Source of the DNA: a virus
Direction: 5' to 3' (one strand)
Virus record (IMG/VR): IMGVR_UViG_3300018057_000010
Span: 1-64,000 of that record
Length of the DNA: 64,000 nt
Part shown: one piece after another, positions 9,545 to 17,802 of the stretch
Position numbering within the stretch: the first letter of the stretch is position 1
How the letters are laid out: each line of letters starts with the position of its first letter
The notes under the pieces: model-generated
The model's input: the letters and a program-made list of their open reading frames with translations, nothing else
Told to the model about the DNA's origin: nothing
The model's database searches: none
Program-made: the position numbers and the translations under genes

Positions 9545-9775
9545 CGTTATTGCCACCCAACTATCCGTGGCATTCCCTTTCAGCCCTAGATAGGGCAGAG
9601 ATATATCGCGTTCCTCAGCCGCAAGCTGCGTCCCAAGAGGAACCGAACCAAAGTCCGATTCCTGGACTTCTTGCTGACTGGATATCTCTGTCGCCTTCAG
9701 GCTGCGGAGCCGGGCTCCTTCCCTCTGGTGCAGATCGAACTGGTGGAGCCCGAAGGCCCCATAAAACTTGCGCCG
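9545..9775 (-). ncRNA. Candidate structured RNA in capsid 5' leader
   Basis: ~230-nt intergenic region with several hairpins (GGGGCC-UUCG-GGCUCC; CAGAGAUAU/AUAUCUCUG; GCCCUA/UAGGGC; GCCAC/GUGGC). Confidence 0.45.
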
Positions 9776-10696
9776 CTAAAACTTGTTTTCAGCCCGAAGC
9801 TCGGCGGCGGCCTGCGCGGCAAGTACGCCGCTTCCCGCTGCCTGCTTCTCGGCGTTGTCCTTCTCAATCTTCATTTGCAAGGCGCCCTTCGGGGCAAAGC
9901 CGCTCGAAGGAGTGCCACCGTTTAAAGCCTGTCCGGAAAACTGTTGGCGAAGTTCGGCTTCTCTTACCTTCATGCGCTCTTCGACCTTGGTCTCCAATTC
10001 CTTCTCCTGGCGCTTCGGTCGGACATACTCTTCGTAAGCCTTCTTCGGATCGACCAAATTGCGCTCTCGCATAAAATCGGCAAACTCCTGGCGGTTTAAG
10101 TTCCCGCCGAATTCCGCCTTATGATCCATCACCAGCTCCGTGACGTCGGCGATAAAGTTCGTCGTGGCAGGCAACGTCTCCTCGTAATACTTCTTGTTGG
10201 CGTCCTGCACATACTTCTGTGCTTCTTCCAAAGCCATCTCCGACTTATGCGTCTTGATGATCTCGCCGATCTCGGTCTTGGAAACATATCCCAACCCGGC
10301 GATCGTCTCTTTTACACGGCGTTCCAACTCAGCGGCGTCCACTTGATCTCCTCCCTCGGCTACACGTTGCACCTTCGCTTCTTCCAGCTGTTTCTGCAGT
10401 TCGTTTGCCTGCTTCTCCAGCTCCTGCGCATGCTCCAAAGCCCGGTCGTGAATGGGCTTGTTCTCCGTGTACCAGTCCTCAAGTTCTTTCGCTCGCTTCG
10501 TCGCCTTGTCTACGTCGCCTTTTGTTTTGTTCATGTAACGGTCGTAGTCCGATTGCCGCAAGCCGCGCTCCGCAAGCTTCTTATTGAAGTCGCCGTTTCG
10601 CTTCAGTATGTTTTCAAAGACCGCTGCATCTTCTTTCGCCATATGCGGAAGAAGTTCGGCCAGATCGTCAGCCGTCAAACCTGTGATTTCAGCCAT
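9776..10696 (-). CDS. Capsid scaffolding protein
   Basis: 306 aa charged coiled-coil immediately upstream of MCP. Confidence 0.75.
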   Translation of the reverse strand: MAEITGLTADDLAELLPHMAKEDAAVFENILKRNGDFNKKLAERGLRQSDYDRYMNKTKGDVDKATKRAKELEDWYTENKPIHDRALEHAQELEKQANELQKQLEEAKVQRVAEGGDQVDAAELERRVKETIAGLGYVSKTEIGEIIKTHKSEMALEEAQKYVQDANKKYYEETLPATTNFIADVTELVMDHKAEFGGNLNRQEFADFMRERNLVDPKKAYEEYVRPKRQEKELETKVEERMKVREAELRQQFSGQALNGGTPSSGFAPKGALQMKIEKDNAEKQAAGSGVLAAQAAAELRAENKF

Positions 10697-10780
10697 CTTT
10701 CCCTCTCTCCTTCTTCGCTTCCCATCTACTGCCTGGGCTGGGCAAAGCTGCGGAGTGCAAATTAGCTATCGACTCGTTAC

Positions 10781-11134
10781 TTATCCAGGCATGTTACCGG
10801 CAGACGCTCCCTGAGGAACCGCTCCGGCATTCTCTCTGCCTTGTGTCTGGCCTTCGGGCTTCTGCCCTCCGGCTTCTTCCATGCCTGCCTTTAAGATGGC
10901 GATGGCCCTCTGCACATATGGCCCCATCTTGTTGTTCATCCTGACCATGTTTGTCAGAACTTTTTCCACCCCATCGTAGGCATTCTTCAGCGGGTTACCC
11001 GCCGCGTCGCGTTGCGCCATCATGCCGCCGACGCCCGCGAACGGAGTCTCTCCACCGCCGCCGCCACCGCCGAGTTGCGCTTGTATGTCTGGAGAAACCG
11101 GAGGCCTCTCCATCGCCATTGGACGAGTAGCCAT
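10781..11134 (-). CDS. Hypothetical head-module protein
   Basis: 117 aa G/P/M-rich. Confidence 0.6.
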   Translation of the reverse strand: MATRPMAMERPPVSPDIQAQLGGGGGGGETPFAGVGGMMAQRDAAGNPLKNAYDGVEKVLTNMVRMNNKMGPYVQRAIAILKAGMEEAGGQKPEGQTQGRENAGAVPQGASAGNMPG

Positions 11135-11143
11135 CGTTATCTC

Positions 11144-11335
11144 TTACTGCTCCATGCCCGAGCTGGTCCCTGTTTTGACGTTCGGCGAGGTCGCCTTCGG
11201 AAAGGTGCTGGTCATGGCGCCTGCGTCCATGTAAGTGCCCACAGCCTCGAACTTCCCTTTGCGAACGCTGGGTGGCTGCGAATTCTCCCCGTGGTTCTCG
11301 TATCCGGGGTCAGTCTTTTTCTTCACGGAAGACAT
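11144..11335 (-). CDS. Hypothetical protein
   Basis: ATG start MSSVKKK; operonic. Confidence 0.5.
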   Translation of the reverse strand: MSSVKKKTDPGYENHGENSQPPSVRKGKFEAVGTYMDAGAMTSTFPKATSPNVKTGTSSGMEQ

Positions 11336-11426
11336 TGCATCGACTCCAATCGCTCTTTGGATAAAGGGGGTGAAAACCTGCGCGCCTTCACCCCTCTTGG
11401 TTAGTCTGTCTCCAGACAATCACTGC

Positions 11427-11486
11427 TTACCGCTTGGTTTTACGACCATGCTTACGACGGTTCGCGACAAAAGTCTCACCGAACAT
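11427..11486 (-). CDS. 19-aa basic micropeptide MFGETFVANRRKHGRKTKR
   Basis: Perfect AAGGAGG SD 5 nt before ATG; TAA stop. Confidence 0.6.
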   Translation of the reverse strand: MFGETFVANRRKHGRKTKR

Positions 11487-11614
11487 AGCTGCCTCCTTTT
11501 CTCCAGGTTTCCCTGGCGGGGTTTTATTGAGTGCGCGAGTAGCCTTGTTTGAGGTACTTCGCCCCTCGCGGCCTCCACCGCAACAACTATTGGAGGAATC
11601 ACTACTGCGGCAAA

Positions 11615-11651
11615 GAAAAAGCCCCCACAGAGCTGTTAACTCTGTGGGGGC
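11615..11651 (-). terminator. Intrinsic terminator/attenuator
   Basis: 12-bp stem GCCCCCACAGAG/CTCTGTGGGGGC plus T-run. Confidence 0.85.
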
Positions 11652-11705
11652 TAAACTTCGCTGACCGGACTCGCCGGAGGTCGGATTCTTTGCCCGTCGA
11701 CTTAG

Positions 11706-11734
11706 ATACTTATGTCATTCGCAACAAATGTCAA
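11706..11734 (-). promoter_or_regulatory. Sigma70-type promoter
   Basis: TTGACA-N17-AAGTAT. Confidence 0.55.
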
Positions 11735-11768
11735 GTCCTAAACAAATTTTGTTCCGTTTCTTGCTTTT

Positions 11769-11843
11769 GCTTGGAGGGCGAAGCCCTCGCTGACCGCTTT
11801 TTAGCTGACCGGCCCTTAGCTTGGAGCGGCGAAGCCGCTCGCT
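11769..11843. repeat. REP-like hairpin cluster 3 (2 units)
   Basis: GAGGGC-GAA-GCCCTC; GAGCGGC-GAA-GCCGCTC. Confidence 0.85.
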
Positions 11844-12045
11844 ACTTATACGTCCTCGCCACGTTCGCAAATATCTTCGCCACGCCCCCCTGCGAATAAT
11901 GCATTTCGATCCGTCCGCTGTCCTTATTGGAACGGAAGTCGACCATCGCTTTTACCAGCTCCAGCGGAAGTTCGAGATCGACATCTCCAGAACCGTACTG
12001 GACTTTCACGTTCACCACGTCACGTCTCTGCGCCATCGTCGCCAT
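11842..12045 (-). CDS. Small protein, DUF2292/YezD-like
   Basis: 67 aa; SGRIEMHYSQGGVAKI beta-hairpin pattern. Confidence 0.45.
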   Translation of the reverse strand: MATMAQRRDVVNVKVQYGSGDVDLELPLELVKAMVDFRSNKDSGRIEMHYSQGGVAKIFANVARTYK

Positions 12046-12050
12046 ATTTT

Positions 12051-13880
12051 TTATCCTGCCTTCTTCTGCCCTTTAGCTGGTGTTGGCGAAACCACAGCTC
12101 TCAGTTTAGCTTCCTCTAGCATCTCTTGTATCATGCGATCTACATCCACATTGATGTCGAGGATGCGATAAAGTTCCCGTAGCGACATCGCCTTTGCCAT
12201 GTAAAGCTTCATGGCATAGTTAACTCGTTCCATCCTTTGCGTGCTGAGGAGCGATCCGCGTTCGATCTTGAATTTAAACTTACGTGCATAGGCTTCGGGT
12301 TCCATCCCGGCAGGAACCAGGGTTCCCGGACTGGCGTCGAAATCTGCGGGCGTCATTCCCTGACTTCCCAGCAGCTCAACCCTTCTTTCTGCGGTATAGA
12401 ACTGTAGCACGCAGGGAATGAAAAGCATTCCCAAATCGCCGATGAATCCCTCGATGCTTCGGCCCATCATGCGGATCGGCGTATTGCGCGCATTTTTCAG
12501 CTGCTCCAGCGAGTCTCCACTGGGAATCTGTTTTTTCCGCGCTGCGTCGGCGACCGCCGACGCGCCGGACGACATGTCCATTTCCTGAGAAACAATCGAG
12601 TTAAGTTGCAGCACGTAGGCCGGGACATTGGGCGGCGGCCGGAACTCCGGTCGATGTGGAGAGTTCGCGCTGTATTGCGCCTTCTCGTTCGGCCGTGACA
12701 TGTCCAGCCCCTTCCATGCCTCCGGACTGAAAGCATTCTTCGGCGCCAGCAGCGGCGGGCTTACCGCCAGCTTGACCATGTTCAGCACGCCGCCGATGAT
12801 CTGGTTGATCACGTCCTGCATGCTCATCCATGGCTTGATGACGCTCTCTCCATGGAATTGCCATGGCACAGCCTGCAATCGCAACATCGCGAACGGATAT
12901 CTCCCATGCCAATAAGGATTCGGCTGGTCGTCCAGGATCACGTTGTTCGCCATGACGATCACCCGCCCTCGCGGATAGAGCGGCTGATTCGGCTGAACTT
13001 CGTAACACCAGTTGGTGTCTTTCTTCCCTACCAGAACCGGCTTGTTGGATTTATTTACCGTGGAATCGCGCAGCCAGAATTCCCTTAACTCCGCCTTGGG
13101 GAAGACGCTGAATGTTTGTTCGGCTGCTTGCCCGATCTTTCTGCGCATCCCTGGAGAAAGGCTCATAAAGAGTTGCGGCGATATGTGCGCCGGGGCGCTG
13201 GAGTTCATCTCGAACTTGGAATAGTTCGCATCCGGCTGCACCGCATAGCCGGTCAGAGGATACTTGCGCCGCAGAAATTCGAGCGTGACCACTCGCCGAT
13301 AGATCACCAGTTCTGCTTCTTGGATGTCGTTGTCCGCGCCCAGCTGCAGCAGCGACAAGGGCGATACCGGGAGAATCACGATATCGCCTCTTCCGCTATC
13401 CGCAAAGGGGTCCCACTCGATCTTTGCGTATCCCGTGCTGAGCATGGCGTACATCGTGACCATGCTTAGCTTTACGTCGAAGTTCGTCATCAGAGCCCAG
13501 GCCCGCGTGATTCGATTCAATATGTCCTGGGTGCGGGAATAGATCTCTGTCTTATCGATGGCATGCACTTCGAAAATCGGCCGGATATCCGTCAGCAGCC
13601 CGACCGTCTCCCAGAACAATCGGCGCATCCGGTTCGTCACCGGCTTAGCGCGATGAGCCGGAACCTGTCCCTTCCACTGCATGCCCGAGAGATAATCCAG
13701 ATACGTGTTCATCTGTTTCATCTCCTCGGCATCTTCGTTGTTGCGCTTAGCTTCTTCGTAGGCCGAGTTGCAGAATTGACGGATCTGCGCAGAGTAGTCC
13801 GACGTGGTAGGCGTCGTCGTTCCTCCCTGCGCTGCTCCGGCAGAGGAATGGATCTCCGATTCTGTGAGTATTGAAGACAC
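12051..13880 (-). CDS. Portal protein (P22-like)
   Basis: 609 aa after TerL; GYAKIEWD, YPRGRVIV, PYWHGRYPF, QDVINQI motifs. Confidence 0.9.
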   Translation of the reverse strand: MSSILTESEIHSSAGAAQGGTTTPTTSDYSAQIRQFCNSAYEEAKRNNEDAEEMKQMNTYLDYLSGMQWKGQVPAHRAKPVTNRMRRLFWETVGLLTDIRPIFEVHAIDKTEIYSRTQDILNRITRAWALMTNFDVKLSMVTMYAMLSTGYAKIEWDPFADSGRGDIVILPVSPLSLLQLGADNDIQEAELVIYRRVVTLEFLRRKYPLTGYAVQPDANYSKFEMNSSAPAHISPQLFMSLSPGMRRKIGQAAEQTFSVFPKAELREFWLRDSTVNKSNKPVLVGKKDTNWCYEVQPNQPLYPRGRVIVMANNVILDDQPNPYWHGRYPFAMLRLQAVPWQFHGESVIKPWMSMQDVINQIIGGVLNMVKLAVSPPLLAPKNAFSPEAWKGLDMSRPNEKAQYSANSPHRPEFRPPPNVPAYVLQLNSIVSQEMDMSSGASAVADAARKKQIPSGDSLEQLKNARNTPIRMMGRSIEGFIGDLGMLFIPCVLQFYTAERRVELLGSQGMTPADFDASPGTLVPAGMEPEAYARKFKFKIERGSLLSTQRMERVNYAMKLYMAKAMSLRELYRILDINVDVDRMIQEMLEEAKLRAVVSPTPAKGQKKAG

Positions 13881-14512
13881 TAGCTTATCCAGTCGTTCTC
13901 AAGTGCGTCCTGCAGATACTTGCTAAGAAAGTCCTCTAGTGAAACGGAATTTTCGTTGGCTTTGATCATGGCCTTCATCGTCCATGCACCCAGGTCGACG
14001 CCGACGCCTTGCACCGATCCCGTCGCTTTCCCGGCGCCCACCTGCTTTTCCAGCTGCTCTTTCTGAAAGCGGAGATCTTTGATCTCCTCGCCGAGTTGGA
14101 AGATCATCCCAAATAACTCGGAGGAGCTCTCCGGTTTCTTGCCCAGCCGCTGCCCGATCCTCTCGATGTCGGAACTGGAGACGATCAGCATCTCCGGCTC
14201 GGCGCAGGCCTGCAAGATACTGGAGATACTGGGAACCAGCTTGTCTCCATACTTTGCCTCCAACGCTTTGCGCGTATTCTCCGGCACGCCGACTTCGAAT
14301 TTCGTGTAGTTCTGCTGAACGATGTTGGGCTTCGGCGCAACCTTCAGCATTCGCGGCCTTAGCTCACGTAGCTCGTACATGTCATTCCAGGTGTGTGCAT
14401 CGTTTCCCGTTTCACAGGAGACTTTCATCCCCGGTACTTCTGCGTATAGTTCCGACGTAACTCCCACTATGTCGCATAGTGGACACGCCAGACCTGCTCT
14501 CACTCTAGGCAT
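13880..14512 (-). CDS. Zn-ribbon plus ribbon-helix-helix-like protein
   Basis: CPLC...C..H N-terminus; C-terminal strand-helix-helix pattern. Confidence 0.5.
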   Translation of the reverse strand: MPRVRAGLACPLCDIVGVTSELYAEVPGMKVSCETGNDAHTWNDMYELRELRPRMLKVAPKPNIVQQNYTKFEVGVPENTRKALEAKYGDKLVPSISSILQACAEPEMLIVSSSDIERIGQRLGKKPESSSELFGMIFQLGEEIKDLRFQKEQLEKQVGAGKATGSVQGVGVDLGAWTMKAMIKANENSVSLEDFLSKYLQDALENDWIS

Positions 14513-14726
14513 TTCCTATTCCCTCTCTTGCAATTCGCCCTTTAATCACGGCGGCGACAAACTCCACCATGCCGAGCTTCCGATGGTCGGCCGTCGTCGT
14601 CTTGTGCCAGGAGATCGACCCATCCTTATTCACGAAGATGATCAGGCAATCCTGCGCATCCTCGACCTCTTCGAGCGCGCCCATCAACGTCGCCGATGCG
14701 CTCCTGTCGGTTGTTGACTCTGCCAT
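14505..14726 (-). CDS. Hypothetical protein
   Basis: 73 aa, GGAGG SD. Confidence 0.65.
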   Translation of the reverse strand: MAESTTDRSASATLMGALEEVEDAQDCLIIFVNKDGSISWHKTTTADHRKLGMVEFVAAVIKGRIAREGIGNA

Positions 14727-14739
14727 CGAACTTCCTCCC

Positions 14740-14826
14740 GCTCGGACGGCCGCCAGGTCGTCGCTGTCTTTCGCTCGGAGCGGCGCAGCCGCTCGCTACT
14801 TCCCAGCAGCGGCGCTCCGCGCCGCT
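14740..14826. repeat. REP-like hairpin cluster 4 (3 units)
   Basis: GACGGCC-GCCA-GGTCGTC; GAGCGGC-GCA-GCCGCTC; GGCGC-TCC-GCGCC. Confidence 0.85.
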
Positions 14827-16960
14827 AAAATTGCAGCCATGCATTCGGATCGCTGATATCCGGAGGCTCCTCCGCTATCTGCTCCAGCGTTACCGTTTCG
14901 TGATTGATCGATTCCGGCGTATAGCCGAGGTCGTAATACATACGGCTACGAATGCCGCTGCTGTTGTAGATCGGCGAGTAGATCGTGTTGAAGTGATCCG
15001 TAGCCTGCGGCGCCGCCATAATCGAGCCGCCTGGATACTTCTGGAATTCCGCGTAGGCGACGGCCCGCTCTTTGTATTCCCCGATCTTCCGGTTGAACTT
15101 ATCGAGGACGTACCATGTGGAATTTCCAGCCGAGGAAGAGTTCATCGGCCTGGCTAGCGCCGCCTTCCCATAGTCGGACTCATGCGCGCAGTAACGGCAG
15201 ATCATCATGGCCATGACGCGGTCGTCTTTTGTAGCGCGGCCCTTCGCCTTGCCCTCTCCGTTTTCGTCGAAGGCGAAATCCATCATCTCGTCGATCAGCA
15301 ATTCGCTGCGCAGGACGATGGAGCGCTCCAGCAGCGCCTCGTTCATCTTGGCGATGATCGCGTCGCGGGATTTCCAGTTCGTCTCCCACCCCATGAAATC
15401 GGTCATGAAGTTCTTGACCTTGTCGAGATGCTTCCACCGATAGATGTTGTCGTACTCGATGACCCGGAAGATCTCGTTATTCGTGACCTTGCCGACGTTG
15501 TTGCATTCGACCGCCACCTGCGCCATGTTGTAGTAAGTGGCGACGGCGCAAACAATGTAGGCGAAGGGCGTCGGATTGATCCAGCCGCGCCACTCCGCTA
15601 CCTGAACATCGGGCTCCATGCCTGCGCCGATCTTCAGCACTTCGATGCAGCTGAAGTCGCCGCCCTCGACGCCTTGTGCAACATCTCCAGATACGTAATA
15701 GGTGGCCTCCTCCTCTGGCTTTTCCCAGACCCAGAAGCGGTCTTCTGTCTTGGGATTGTGGAGGATCTCTCCCTTGTTGACTGGGTGCAACGCCACTCGC
15801 TCTTTGCGCGCATCCCGGTCGTAATTGATTTCTCCGACAAACCGGGGCGCGACGCACGTTGTCGCCAGCAATTTATAGAGGAGACGCCGATTGAAGGCGC
15901 ACACGCCGGAGCCTTGGAAGGCCTCCATCCAGTTCGATGGATATTCCTGCATGAATCCGAATTCGTCGCCTTCGAGCGATACGAATTCCGCAGCTTTTAT
16001 GCGGCGCCAATTCAAGACTTCGTCGCTGATGTTGAACGCGGAATCTTCCAGGATCTTCTTCCGGTACTCCTCTTCGTCTGCCGTGGCGATGAAGGTCTCG
16101 CCCTTCTTGATCGGCAAGGAATACTTGCGCACGCGATAGAAAGGAATGAAGACAGGGTGCCAGGTCGTCTTGCCGTCGACCGTGTCGCGCCAGAAACGAT
16201 ACCAGAAGCCGCTGCGCCCTTCGGCCGTGGACTCCATGAAGGCCATCACGTCCGGAGCATTCATCGTCGGGAAGATCTGCTGCGTCAGGGCTTCGCCGTT
16301 ATCCCACGTAGCCAGCTCGCTCATATGGCAGCAGCGGATCGTCTTCCCGCGAGCGACGCCGGTATCTTTGTTCGCTGCTTCGACAAAGATGTTCGAGCGC
16401 ATGCCGGGACTCATCTTGCGCATCAGGTCGTCCTTGCGGTCGAACTGCAGCACGCGCCCCTTCTGGTCGTAGCGGACTTCGGGGCGCATCCACCAGGGCA
16501 AGCAGTCGTACGCCAGTCGGGACATCTCGAACTGGTCGTCGGCCTTCATCGTGTCCGTAGCGACGATCAGCGTGTTGCACGTTGGGGTGAAGAGCGTCTT
16601 CCAGAAGACCATGCCTTCGCAGATCGTCGACAGGCCCAGCTGGCGGGCCTTCAAAATCATGATCTTGACTTGCCCTCCGGCAGTCTTCAGTTCGATCACG
16701 GCTTCATAGAAGATTTCCTGCGAATCCCAGAAAGGAGAAAGCGTCTTCAACCCTTGGTGCTCGGTTCGGATGATGTGGTAGTTTTCCAGGTAATAGCGGG
16801 GATCGGTGACGCAGTGCAGGATCTCTCCCGCGATAAAATCCTTCTCGGTTGTGCCCAGCTTTTCCCAGGCGAGATACGTGTTGCCTTGCACGGCAATGTA
16901 ATACTCGTCCATCATTTCGATGAACTCGTTCAAGTGAGGATTGGCGCGGATAATGTCCAT
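14825..16960 (-). CDS. terL: Terminase large subunit
   Basis: ILKARQLGLST Walker A, HMSELA Walker B, ESTAEG, SGDVAQG..GDFS and DDRVMA nuclease motifs. Confidence 0.95.
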   Translation of the reverse strand: MDIIRANPHLNEFIEMMDEYYIAVQGNTYLAWEKLGTTEKDFIAGEILHCVTDPRYYLENYHIIRTEHQGLKTLSPFWDSQEIFYEAVIELKTAGGQVKIMILKARQLGLSTICEGMVFWKTLFTPTCNTLIVATDTMKADDQFEMSRLAYDCLPWWMRPEVRYDQKGRVLQFDRKDDLMRKMSPGMRSNIFVEAANKDTGVARGKTIRCCHMSELATWDNGEALTQQIFPTMNAPDVMAFMESTAEGRSGFWYRFWRDTVDGKTTWHPVFIPFYRVRKYSLPIKKGETFIATADEEEYRKKILEDSAFNISDEVLNWRRIKAAEFVSLEGDEFGFMQEYPSNWMEAFQGSGVCAFNRRLLYKLLATTCVAPRFVGEINYDRDARKERVALHPVNKGEILHNPKTEDRFWVWEKPEEEATYYVSGDVAQGVEGGDFSCIEVLKIGAGMEPDVQVAEWRGWINPTPFAYIVCAVATYYNMAQVAVECNNVGKVTNNEIFRVIEYDNIYRWKHLDKVKNFMTDFMGWETNWKSRDAIIAKMNEALLERSIVLRSELLIDEMMDFAFDENGEGKAKGRATKDDRVMAMMICRYCAHESDYGKAALARPMNSSSAGNSTWYVLDKFNRKIGEYKERAVAYAEFQKYPGGSIMAAPQATDHFNTIYSPIYNSSGIRSRMYYDLGYTPESINHETVTLEQIAEEPPDISDPNAWLQF

Positions 16961-17565
16961 TACGCCTGCACCATCCCTTCATCCTCGTCGCTGCTGTCGT
17001 CTTCCTTTTCCGCTTCGATGACGTCTGCCGTCTCTCTGGGTAGTTCGTTATGGGCGTGTACTTTATCGAGCACGGAGCGCAGCATGCTTTCGTAACCGCC
17101 GTTGCGCATATTCGTCTGGTTGGCTTGGTTCGCGTTATTCTGCTGTACGCTTACGCTGATGCCGCTGCCTTTGGGCTGCATCGCCTCCAGAAACTTGCCG
17201 TACACCTGCAGCGTTTTCAACTGCGTCTCCGTATCGTCTACGGGAACAAACTGGTTGCTTCCGTCCGCATTCTTGCGCTCCAGGAAGTTCTGCGCCTTTA
17301 GCCCTTTCTTAAAGGCCTGATCCACGCCGCGCATGTTTCCCATCAGCATCGAGATCACGGCCGTGCTCAGGTTTTGCTGAGTATGAACAGCGCGTTCCAT
17401 CGAAACCTGCCGGATGGATTTCTCGATAGCCTTTATGCTGACGCCTTCCGACTGAGCGATCTCTTCGACCTTCTCGCCCATATCCTTGCGCAGATAGCGC
17501 ATGTAGTGGCGCGCCTGTGTCTGCGCAAGCGTCGACGTTTTCGGGCTGGCTTTGGTTCGTGGCAT
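16960..17565 (-). CDS. Probable terminase small subunit
   Basis: N-terminal HTH (VEEIAQSEGVSIKAI), directly upstream of TerL. Confidence 0.65.
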   Translation of the reverse strand: MPRTKASPKTSTLAQTQARHYMRYLRKDMGEKVEEIAQSEGVSIKAIEKSIRQVSMERAVHTQQNLSTAVISMLMGNMRGVDQAFKKGLKAQNFLERKNADGSNQFVPVDDTETQLKTLQVYGKFLEAMQPKGSGISVSVQQNNANQANQTNMRNGGYESMLRSVLDKVHAHNELPRETADVIEAEKEDDSSDEDEGMVQA

Positions 17566-17575
17566 TCTTCCGTCC

Positions 17576-17615
17576 AAAAAGAAAAAGGCCCACGGAGAGA
17601 ATTTCTCCGTGAGCC
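17576..17615 (-). terminator. Intrinsic terminator/attenuator before terS
   Basis: GGCTCACGGAGA/TCTCCGTGGGCC stem plus T-run. Confidence 0.85.
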
Positions 17616-17676
17616 AATCTGCACTGAGCGGTTTCGTCTTTCGACCGCAGTTTAGATTCGGTGCTCGTTCGTATTT

Positions 17677-17705
17677 ATCCTGGAGCCAGCCAACTCGGCT
17701 GTCAA
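17677..17705 (-). promoter_or_regulatory. Sigma70-type (late) promoter
   Basis: TTGACA-N17-CAGGAT. Confidence 0.55.
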
Positions 17706-17715
17706 CAAGTCTTTA

Positions 17716-17799
17716 GCTAGGAGGGCGAAGCCCTCGCTGCTTCTTGCTCGGACGCCGAAGGCGTCGCTACCCTCCAGCTGCGGCGGCGAAGCCGCCGCT
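17716..17799. repeat. REP-like hairpin cluster 5 (3 units)
   Basis: GAGGGC-GAA-GCCCTC; GACGCC-GAA-GGCGTC; GGCGGC-GAA-GCCGCC. Confidence 0.85.
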
Positions 17800-17802
17800 C
17801 CA

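Noticed and set aside
9660-9740. Glycine riboswitch in capsid leader
   Set aside because: Only superficial GGAAGGAG/CUGAAGG similarity; no CUCUCAGG element
14727-14827. UAG read-through/recoding signalled by hairpins after TAG stops
   Set aside because: The 98-nt gap after terL puts the next gene out of frame; no suppressor tRNA seen; genes are not fragmented by TAG
15182-17095. 637-aa plus-strand ORF and similar long antisense ORFs (e.g. 592-1392, 8601-9515)
   Set aside because: Antisense shadows of high-GC3 genes with no motifs
17625-17655. Hammerhead ribozyme (GUC-GAAA-GAC-GAAAC)
   Set aside because: Core CUGANGA is absent (CUGCG instead)
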